This document shows, piece by piece, positions 46,376 through 54,037 of a stretch of 64,000 bases of DNA. The stretch is taken from the NCBI GenBank assembly GCA_043813075.1, contig JBDRLL010000036.1, forward strand, positions 32,001 through 96,000, written 5' to 3'. A program made the translations under genes and the position numbers. The notes under the pieces are model-generated. The model had not been told where the DNA came from and ran no database searches. It worked only from the letters and a program-made list of their open reading frames with translations. Position 1 is the stretch's first letter. Each line of letters begins with the position of its first letter. Source of the DNA: Candidatus Altiarchaeota archaeon. Lineage in GTDB: Archaea; Altiarchaeota; Altiarchaeia; IMC4; SCGC-AAA252-I15.

Positions 46376-47826
46376 TCCTCCCCGCCAGAACCCAGAGACG
46401 ACACGTGACCCCTCAATACGGCGAGACCACCCCTCAACAGCAGCTTCAAGTCCGGGACGCTCCTGACGGACATGACCTTATTGAATATGAACCCTGGCCT
46501 GAAATACACTTCACGCCAGGCCCTAGAGCACAATTCGACTATCTCCTTGGACGGTATGTTCGGGTTAACGAGGGAGGGGACGCTCATGTCATACTTCTCC
46601 CACTCGCCCTCAGGGAAACGCAGCCACCCGTTCTTCCTAGCCTCCTCGAACAAGACTGTGCCGGGATAGACTATGGGTATGGAGAACTGGACGGTGTCTA
46701 CGTCAAGCTCCTTAACGAACTCTATTGTCCTACGCAAATCCCCCCTAGTCTCCCAGGGGTATCCGAGCATCACGGTGCCGTGACGCATTATGCCAACATC
46801 CTTCGCAGCCTTGAAGCTGGCCCGGACCTGCTCGATAGTGTACCCCTTCCGTATCCTCTCGAGCGTGTCAGGGCTCGCGCTCTCGATGCCGAACTTTATG
46901 AGCCGGCAGCCGGCAGCCCTCATCTTCCCGAGAATCCCCGCGTCCACATTGTCCACCCTGCCGTTGCACGACCACACGACCTTTATGCCCCTGTCGACTA
47001 TCCCGTCGCAGAACTCCTCCATCCACTCCCGGTTGCACGTGAAAGTGTCGTCGTCAAAGAATATCTCCCTCACGCCATGCTCCGCAACAAGCATCTGCAT
47101 CTCATGGAGAACACTCTTAACGCTCCTGAACCGGACCTTGTTATGATAAAGCATCTGAGGCCACGAGCAGAAAGTGCACCTGTAGGGGCAGCCGCGGGAG
47201 GCCATCATGTAGGTGAATTCATCGTAAAGCCTCCACGACTCATGGTATTTGCGCCAGGGTATTATGGTCCGGTCTATGAAAGGCATGGAATCCAGGTCCT
47301 CGACGAGCTCGTATGGGCCGGTGTTCTTCACAACACCATCCTCGCGATAGTATATTCCGGGGGGCATGCCAGACCCGGAATCAATGTGTCTGGCCAGCTT
47401 TAGCATGCTCACGTCGTAGTCGCCGCCGGTGATGACATAGTCGAGCAGTGAATTCTCCATCGACTCCTCAGGTAGGACGGACACGTGGTCGCCGCAGACC
47501 GCGATCTTGATGTCTGGGAGCGCGTCCTTAATCCTGCCGACAGTCACCCAACTCTGCTTTATGGTGGGGGTCTTGGCCTCGTACACAAGCAAGTCAGGAT
47601 TGTTCTCAGACAGCCGTTGGATGAATTCATCATCGGTCATGGACTCGCTTATAGCGTCGATGAATCTGACGTCATAGCCCTCCTTGCTCCAGAGGGTCAC
47701 GCCCATGGCGGGAGTCATCGGGTAGATGAGCTCGTTGTCGCCCCTCATCTTCGCGAACCTGTTCTGACTCAACGTGATGAATCCTTCACCGCTCTTGAAA
47801 GGCAGATACGCGAAAACAGTCTTCAT
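46357..47826 (-). CDS. B12-binding radical SAM protein (HpnJ-like)
   Basis: SRGCPYRCTFC, FDDDTF, GIES, YPGT; N-terminal cobalamin-binding-like domain. Confidence 0.9.
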   Translation of the reverse strand: MKTVFAYLPFKSGEGFITLSQNRFAKMRGDNELIYPMTPAMGVTLWSKEGYDVRFIDAISESMTDDEFIQRLSENNPDLLVYEAKTPTIKQSWVTVGRIKDALPDIKIAVCGDHVSVLPEESMENSLLDYVITGGDYDVSMLKLARHIDSGSGMPPGIYYREDGVVKNTGPYELVEDLDSMPFIDRTIIPWRKYHESWRLYDEFTYMMASRGCPYRCTFCSWPQMLYHNKVRFRSVKSVLHEMQMLVAEHGVREIFFDDDTFTCNREWMEEFCDGIVDRGIKVVWSCNGRVDNVDAGILGKMRAAGCRLIKFGIESASPDTLERIRKGYTIEQVRASFKAAKDVGIMRHGTVMLGYPWETRGDLRRTIEFVKELDVDTVQFSIPIVYPGTVLFEEARKNGWLRFPEGEWEKYDMSVPSLVNPNIPSKEIVELCSRAWREVYFRPGFIFNKVMSVRSVPDLKLLLRGGLAVLRGHVSSLGSGGEECGCGS

Positions 47827-48785
47827 AAACCGACCCTTGATATCTTTATGCCCGAGCCACCAGCAGTCCTACACCCCATGAACTTCCTGAAAAGGCCGTA
47901 CACGAATCCCAGACCATAAGACACGTGTATGATGGGGTAGAGAAGCCACATGGCTGGGAACACCATGAACTCCCTCCGGTCCAATGCGAACTTGAGGCTG
48001 GTCAGGCCCGTGAGGGTTAAGTATAGTAGTAGGGGGAGAATATAAAAAAACCATCCGGTGGAGAGGATAACTGGGATGATCGACAGGAGATAGGCTGCGA
48101 ACCCCGTGGGCATGAGGAAAAGCGGCCTGAAACACGATGGCTGCATGAGAATCTGCTCCATCCTACCACGCCCATACCCTATGTTCTTCCGTATTATCTT
48201 GGATATGGTGCCGGCCCTGCTGTGGTGCACGAGAGCCTTAGGGTCGTATATCATACGGTATCCCCTGGACGCCATCCTGTTGAAGAACTCGTTCTCCTCG
48301 TTGGGATAGAGGTCGGCGTGCAAGCCGCCCTCCTTCAGGTAATAATCCCTCCTGCACGACAGGTTGCACAGCACCAGGTGGGTCTCATCAGCGTCCCTGA
48401 CGCCGCCTATAGGACGGAACCTATACCTCATGCTGCCTGCGCCGATCGCGGACTCCATCGTGTAGCCGAAACACCTCGCGAGCAGTGGATCCGACTCGGG
48501 AGTCACCATAGGCCCCCCGACCACCGCAACCCTTTCGTCGTCGTAATAGTGGAGGGTGTGCTCGAGAAGGTCCGGCTCCACCACCACGTCGTCGTCGAGG
48601 AAGTAGACTATGTCGCCGGAAGCCTCCGCCGCCGCCTTGTTCCGCTGCTCTGAAGGAGACTTGCCTTCCGCAACAACAACCTCCATTAGCTCCCGCGGGA
48701 AATCGAGCTTCCTCAGTGATGCGACACATACGTCCGGCCTTAAGCCAGGCCCTATCGGTATTATGAAACTAACCTTCCCCTGCAT
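47823..48785 (-). CDS. GT2 glycosyltransferase with C-terminal TMs
   Basis: FLDDD, VGGP, NEENE, YGRGR. Confidence 0.88.
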   Translation of the reverse strand: MQGKVSFIIPIGPGLRPDVCVASLRKLDFPRELMEVVVAEGKSPSEQRNKAAAEASGDIVYFLDDDVVVEPDLLEHTLHYYDDERVAVVGGPMVTPESDPLLARCFGYTMESAIGAGSMRYRFRPIGGVRDADETHLVLCNLSCRRDYYLKEGGLHADLYPNEENEFFNRMASRGYRMIYDPKALVHHSRAGTISKIIRKNIGYGRGRMEQILMQPSCFRPLFLMPTGFAAYLLSIIPVILSTGWFFYILPLLLYLTLTGLTSLKFALDRREFMVFPAMWLLYPIIHVSYGLGFVYGLFRKFMGCRTAGGSGIKISRVGL

Positions 48786-49788
48786 CTTTTGTGAATAAGT
48801 TTAATGAAACACCCTTCTTATATGCGATCAGATAACCCAACGCCACTTGAGGCAGTATGGACAGTATGAGCAGCATGAAAGACACTGCAATCATCGTCTC
48901 AGCCTGAACGCCCAGCAGGGAGAACAACAACACCAACCCCACGTCACGGGTGCCTATGCCCAGCACGGATATGGGAAGCACCTCTATCATCAACACTATG
49001 GGCATCACGAAAAGCAGGGAGAGCATGCTGAAGTGGACGCCAACCCCCTCCCCGAGTATGTAGGGCCTCAGGAAGAGTATCGTCCACGAGGCTGCTGTGA
49101 GGAGTATAAGCTGCATGAGGAAGACGGGTTCGTGTATCACACGGAGTGTGGCGTGGAATTCCCTCAAAAGCCGCTTGGAGTGGCCCTTGAACCTGTCAGG
49201 GATTATGAAACGCTGGACAGGCCTCATGAAAAACTCGGTTGTGCGGGTTGAGAAGAGTATCAGCGTGAATGAAGCAAGCATCACCGCCATCAGGAGTATC
49301 AAGAGTATGTTGTAGGAGGAGCCGCTTATCAGGAGGATTACGAAAACGTATCCCGTCGAGGCTGCGATGCAGATGTAGAAGAAGTCCAGCAGCCGGTCCA
49401 CTATCTCAACGCTCAAAGCCTTGTCAAGCTTCAATCCCCGGTCCCTCAAGTCGAAGGCCTTGACTATGTCTCCGACACGCCCGGGTGTCACCGCGCCGAA
49501 TGCTATGCCCATGATGAAGGTCTGGAAACTGTCTGTGACACTGTATTCCCTGAGGAACCTGCCGGCCAGGAGCTTCCACCGGAGGGAGCGCAGGAAGACT
49601 TCCATGCCGACGGTGACAAGGCACAGTAATATGTAGATGGGGTGCATTGAGGATATCATCCCGATAGTCGCTGGCACGTTTATCTGGGAGAGTACTAGCA
49701 TGAAGAGTATCAACCCGAAAAACGAGAGGTGACGCGAGGATATTTCCATCATCCGAACCTCAGACAGACATTCTGAGACGTAAAACAT
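48769..49788 (-). CDS. Lysylphosphatidylglycerol-synthase-TM / flippase-like protein
   Basis: LRW, TPGRVGD, DRLLD, PIS.LGIGTRD; start probably about 12 codons downstream. Confidence 0.85.
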   Translation of the reverse strand: MFYVSECLSEVRMMEISSRHLSFFGLILFMLVLSQINVPATIGMISSMHPIYILLCLVTVGMEVFLRSLRWKLLAGRFLREYSVTDSFQTFIMGIAFGAVTPGRVGDIVKAFDLRDRGLKLDKALSVEIVDRLLDFFYICIAASTGYVFVILLISGSSYNILLILLMAVMLASFTLILFSTRTTEFFMRPVQRFIIPDRFKGHSKRLLREFHATLRVIHEPVFLMQLILLTAASWTILFLRPYILGEGVGVHFSMLSLLFVMPIVLMIEVLPISVLGIGTRDVGLVLLFSLLGVQAETMIAVSFMLLILSILPQVALGYLIAYKKGVSLNLFTKDAGEG

Positions 49789-50458
49789 CTATGGGATACT
49801 TTAGTATTATATTCCAGTTAAGCTTGGACGAGCCGGAAGCCCTCGGCTTGAATATTATCGGCACCTCCCGCATGCTGAAGCCCGCCTTCATACAACGGTA
49901 GAGTATCTCAGCGCCAACCGAGTATCCGGTCGAGACGAAGTTGTCCAAGTCCAATGCCTCCAAAACCTCACGCCGATAGCACTTGAAGCCGCCGCTGCTG
50001 TCGTGCACGCCAAGGCCCAGCACGACCTTGTTGAACATGTTGGACATCTTGGACAGCATGTTCTGGATGAAAATCTTGTGCTCTGTGTCGCCGCCGTCAA
50101 CATACCTGGAGCCTATGACCACGTCAGCATCCCCGATGTTCTCCAGCAGCAGCGGTATGTACTTGGGGTCATGGCTGAAGTCCGCGTCCATCTCCACCAC
50201 GACGTCGTAGCCGTTTTCAAGGGCGTGCTTGAAGCCTGCGACACCAGCGCTCGCCCGGCCGCGCACTCCAGTGCGGACCAGCAGGTGTATCCTATCGTCA
50301 TCCTTCGCAAGTTCTGCGACAAGCTCGTCCGTGCCGTCCGGACTGTCGTCGTCCACCACAAGGACTTCCAGGCGCTCGTCCTGCGAGAGCACTGACTTTA
50401 TGATCCTGGTTATGTTGCCCCGCTCATTGTAGGTTGGAAGCATTACGATAGGCTTCAT
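49760..50458 (-). CDS. Polyprenol-phosphate mannose synthase-like GT2
   Basis: PTYNE, DDDSPDGT, MDADFSHDP, GSRY. Confidence 0.92.
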   Translation of the reverse strand: MKPIVMLPTYNERGNITRIIKSVLSQDERLEVLVVDDDSPDGTDELVAELAKDDDRIHLLVRTGVRGRASAGVAGFKHALENGYDVVVEMDADFSHDPKYIPLLLENIGDADVVIGSRYVDGGDTEHKIFIQNMLSKMSNMFNKVVLGLGVHDSSGGFKCYRREVLEALDLDNFVSTGYSVGAEILYRCMKAGFSMREVPIIFKPRASGSSKLNWNIILKYPIDVLRLRMSV

Positions 50459-50484
50459 TACAGCTAATCATTGAGACAGGGGGA

Positions 50485-52104
50485 TTAAATACGCTCGGGA
50501 TTCTCGAACACAACGTAATGAACATGATTGCTGGTTGGAAAGCCGAGATAGTCCATGAAGGATGTCCTCAACCCGGGAGGCCTCTGTTGCGAGGATTCGA
50601 TCTCATAGACCATGCTCCAGTTCGAGACCGTATCCAGGAGGGGCGAGAATTCGGTTCCATTAAGGTCGTTCAGCACCCACACTGGGAATACCGCGTAATC
50701 AATGTTCTCGACACTCAGGTTCCGGGTGAAGTCGCTGGGGGAAGTTCCGACGAGATAACGGTCGTAGGGTATGAGATTCAAGCCGTAGTACGAGAATATC
50801 TGGCGGAAGCTGACTTCATCAGCCTTTGTGTCGGGGGTGATCATCGTGAAGGCGACAAAATCCCCCTCCACAACCCTCTGGTCGATGAAGTCATTCATCA
50901 TCATCACCTCCTGGACGGGAGTCATCGACGCCTGGCAGAATACAAAAGCCTCCACCCCACACCAGAAGGTGAAGATGAATGGTATGGCGGTTAAGACGAC
51001 AACCCTCCTGGGGTGGACTGCAGCAAGATGATTGATTACGCGCTTAAGGAAGAATACGGGGGTTATCGAGAGTATGTAGACTACGGGGATGAGCATGTGG
51101 TCCGCCCGGTTGACCATCAAGAGGAACAAGAGATAGGAGTGGAGGTACACGAAAACTATGCGCCTCAGATTATCGTTCGAGATGACGAACAAACCCATCA
51201 GGGACATTATAAAAAACGATGAGAAGACTCCGGAGAGGATCATCTTATGGTCGACAGGCATGAGGGAGTATAATATCAGGGGGATGAATAGCACGAACTC
51301 CGCCCTGACGCCGGAATTGCCGGCATAAAGCGAATCAACGTATTCGAGAAGCCTGCCTGAAAAACGCGACAACACGAGTAATAGGATGGGGGAGCCTAGG
51401 ACAACGAGGAGGTATAAGCGCGAGAACTTCTGGAAATCCCTCAGAAAACCGTTGGAGTCAAACAACAGCATTAATGAGACGAATATAATCAATGGCGCCA
51501 GAGAGAGAAAAAGCGACTTGAACAGATGCTTCCTCGAATTCCAGAATAAGACTAGGGCAATCGAGAAGACAAACACCAGCCCGGAATATTCAACAAGTGT
51601 TGCAGCACCCACGAGTATGCTGGACAATGCCAGGTCCCTCTCCCGCCCGGACTCCAGGAAGTTTTGCAGGAAGTATATCGACGCCAGGACCAGGACGCTA
51701 AGGCAGTTGTTGGCGAAACCCATGCGACCCCAGAACACCAACTCCGGAGTCAACGCATATAATAGGCCCGCCAAAAACCCGTATCCTGCACCCAGGATGC
51801 GCGAGACGATAGCGTAGACTATGATCATGCCTATTAGGGACATGACTACTGAGAATATCCTTATTGCGAGCATTCCTGGACCCAGAAGTTTTATTGGGAG
51901 TATCAGGGATAGGAAGTATGCGGGAGGATGGGGTATGAAATGGTATTTGTAGGCGAACAATCGTGGGGTCCCAGCCATCAGGTTAACAGCGTAATTCACG
52001 TTAGCGTTCTCGTCCGGATCCCATTTAGGCACTGAAGACAGGTTGACGAGCCTCAATGACAATGCGAGCAGTATCACCAGCAGTATTCGATAGTCTATTC
52101 TCAA
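50485..52104 (-). CDS. ArnT/GT39-like (GT-C) membrane glycosyltransferase
   Basis: LRL...DPDE, HPP, IR; multi-pass. Confidence 0.78.
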   Translation of the reverse strand: MRIDYRILLVILLALSLRLVNLSSVPKWDPDENANVNYAVNLMAGTPRLFAYKYHFIPHPPAYFLSLILPIKLLGPGMLAIRIFSVVMSLIGMIIVYAIVSRILGAGYGFLAGLLYALTPELVFWGRMGFANNCLSVLVLASIYFLQNFLESGRERDLALSSILVGAATLVEYSGLVFVFSIALVLFWNSRKHLFKSLFLSLAPLIIFVSLMLLFDSNGFLRDFQKFSRLYLLVVLGSPILLLVLSRFSGRLLEYVDSLYAGNSGVRAEFVLFIPLILYSLMPVDHKMILSGVFSSFFIMSLMGLFVISNDNLRRIVFVYLHSYLLFLLMVNRADHMLIPVVYILSITPVFFLKRVINHLAAVHPRRVVVLTAIPFIFTFWCGVEAFVFCQASMTPVQEVMMMNDFIDQRVVEGDFVAFTMITPDTKADEVSFRQIFSYYGLNLIPYDRYLVGTSPSDFTRNLSVENIDYAVFPVWVLNDLNGTEFSPLLDTVSNWSMVYEIESSQQRPPGLRTSFMDYLGFPTSNHVHYVVFENPERI

Positions 52105-52114
52105 TGCAGGTCAC

Positions 52115-52648
52115 CTACAATGCATTCAAAGCCTCCGTGAACTCCGTGCTCCAGTCCTTCTCAAAAACCTTTCTGCCCCCGGACTCCAGCCAGGATGAGA
52201 CAACATCATAGTCTACGCCCGTGGTGGCATCCAGCTCGAGGACGTTGTTGTGGAGGGATAATGCGTCATACAATATGACTCCAGCATACTCCGCCTCCAG
52301 GTTCTCCAGTATCTTACCACGCCCATACCCCCGTTCAGACATGCGGGCGGAAAGCAGCCTCGGGTCAGCTCGCAGGACAAGCACGTGGGATACGGGCATG
52401 AAATGGCTCAGAAGACCGTCCACCACCAGAGGCTCCTTCCCGGAACCATACTCCTTCTCGAACAGGACGCCAAGCTCGTCAACGTCAACATCGAATGTCT
52501 CATGGTCCTTATCATAGTCCACACCAATACTCGACTTGGCGTAATCGTTCAAATCAAGGTACACTGCCTTTAAGAGAGAGGAAAGTTTCCTGGAATTTGT
52601 CGTCTTACCGGTGCAGGGGGTGCCCGAAACAGATAAACTGTAAACCAT
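52115..52648 (-). CDS. Adenylate kinase AK6/Fap7 family
   Basis: SGTPCTGKTT, DGLLSH, VLRADP, RGY...KILENLEAE. Confidence 0.9.
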   Translation of the reverse strand: MVYSLSVSGTPCTGKTTNSRKLSSLLKAVYLDLNDYAKSSIGVDYDKDHETFDVDVDELGVLFEKEYGSGKEPLVVDGLLSHFMPVSHVLVLRADPRLLSARMSERGYGRGKILENLEAEYAGVILYDALSLHNNVLELDATTGVDYDVVSSWLESGGRKVFEKDWSTEFTEALNAL

Positions 52649-52740
52649 GCCGAAACCCAGTATTTTGCCTATTTATATTGCTTTTACGAATAGGTTATAT
52701 AGCTAAATAAAGCATATAAAAATCGTAGGAGGTATGAAAT

Positions 52741-53067
52741 ATGAATAAGAACAAGGTTCTAATAAGCCTGCTGGCATGCCTTATTGTTTTTTCAATGGCA
52801 ACCACGGCAAGCGCAATATCAAACGCCATAAAACTGAGGGTTTGCTCGGTAGTAACGTCAATTTACCAGGCATTATGGGCCATTGCGCCGTCTTTCGTCG
52901 CATTGATGTTCATATACGGCGGCGTTAAGTACGTGTACGGCGGCGATGACCCGGGAGCGCGTAAGAGCGGTAGAAACATCTGCGTGCACGCGATAATCGG
53001 CGGAATCCTTATTGCAATAGCAAGCGCTGTGATAAGCATAATAGGATTAGGATCAGGCTGCAGTTAA
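52741..53067 (+). CDS. TrbC/VirB2-like pilin 1
   Basis: Signal peptide ...ASA; MFIYGGVKYVYGGDDPGARKSGRNICVHAIIG; SD GGAGG. Confidence 0.7.
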   Translation: MNKNKVLISLLACLIVFSMATTASAISNAIKLRVCSVVTSIYQALWAIAPSFVALMFIYGGVKYVYGGDDPGARKSGRNICVHAIIGGILIAIASAVISIIGLGSGCS

Positions 53068-53091
53068 ACACCTGCAACGGAAGGGTAGAAT

Positions 53092-53403
53092 ATGGAGGTT
53101 AAACCCATCATAGCAGTTTTGGCAATAATAGGACTATCAGGGTTAGCTTCAGCAGTGGCGATCCACATAGCACCATGCAAGATTATTGTCATGGTCAGAG
53201 ACGCGATAATGTCGCTCACAGGGATAATGGTCCTGCTGATGTTCACCTACGGCGGCATTAAATACGTCTACAGCGCAGACGACGCGGGAGGCAGGAAGGC
53301 CGCTAAGAAGATATGCGAGCACGCGATAATCGGGGGGATACTAGCAGGCCTGATGAACGAGGTTTTAACCGTACTAGGCAACACACCATACTGCCCCACC
53401 TAA
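53092..53403 (+). CDS. TrbC/VirB2-like pilin 2
   Basis: MFTYGGIKYVYSADDAGGRKAAKKICEHAIIG. Confidence 0.7.
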   Translation: MEVKPIIAVLAIIGLSGLASAVAIHIAPCKIIVMVRDAIMSLTGIMVLLMFTYGGIKYVYSADDAGGRKAAKKICEHAIIGGILAGLMNEVLTVLGNTPYCPT

Positions 53404-53404
53404 A

Positions 53405-53704
53405 ATGAGTTATAAGTCCAGAATATCGGCTGCGGGAGTTTTGTTGATAGCTTTAGCCACCAACGTGTCCGCCGGATTATTCGATAAGGTGATAACTTTT
53501 GTAAACTCACTCCAATACTCCGTGCTGGTCATGGGCAACTCGATATGCGAGGTGATGTTCGTGTACGGAGGCCTGAAGTACATATTCAGCGCAGACGACC
53601 CCAGCGGGAGGAAGACTGGCCTCAACATATGCATCGCAGCCACCATAGGGGCGCTGCTGATAGTGATTTCAAAGGAAGTCGTAAGCGTGATAGTCGTGAC
53701 ATGA
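53405..53704 (+). CDS. TrbC/VirB2-like pilin 3
   Basis: MFVYGGLKYIFSADDPSGRKTGLNICIAATIG. Confidence 0.7.
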   Translation: MSYKSRISAAGVLLIALATNVSAGLFDKVITFVNSLQYSVLVMGNSICEVMFVYGGLKYIFSADDPSGRKTGLNICIAATIGALLIVISKEVVSVIVVT

Positions 53705-53710
53705 GGGAAG

Positions 53711-54031
53711 ATGAATACGGATAACGTGAAGAAGGGGATTATCGTATTGCTGTTGTGCACGCAGATTGTCTCAGCCGCTACAACAGATCCTGCAGCCATA
53801 ATAAAAGGCCTGATATGCAGCATATGGACGGACTTCACAAAGCTCATAGGGCCTCTCGCAACCCTCATGTTCGTGTACGGCGGCGCTAAATACGCTTACA
53901 GTGCAGACGACCCGGGAGGGAGGAAACAGGCGAAGGCCATCTGCATAAACGCGATAATAGGTTTGCTTATAGCCGCATCGGCGAGGGCCATAGTAGCCGC
54001 GGCCGGGGCATCAGGAAGCATCTGCCCTTAG
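53711..54031 (+). CDS. TrbC/VirB2-like pilin 4
   Basis: MFVYGGAKYAYSADDPGGRKQAKAICINAIIG. Confidence 0.7.
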   Translation: MNTDNVKKGIIVLLLCTQIVSAATTDPAAIIKGLICSIWTDFTKLIGPLATLMFVYGGAKYAYSADDPGGRKQAKAICINAIIGLLIAASARAIVAAAGASGSICP

Positions 54032-54037
54032 AGCAGT

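Noticed and set aside
52741-54031. Type IV pilin/archaellin, CRISPR or DGR interpretation of the repeated small genes
   Set aside because: There is no class III signal peptide (K/R-G followed by a hydrophobic stretch). The similarity is at protein level with synonymous divergence, not exact or adenine-specific repeats, and no reverse transcriptase is present.
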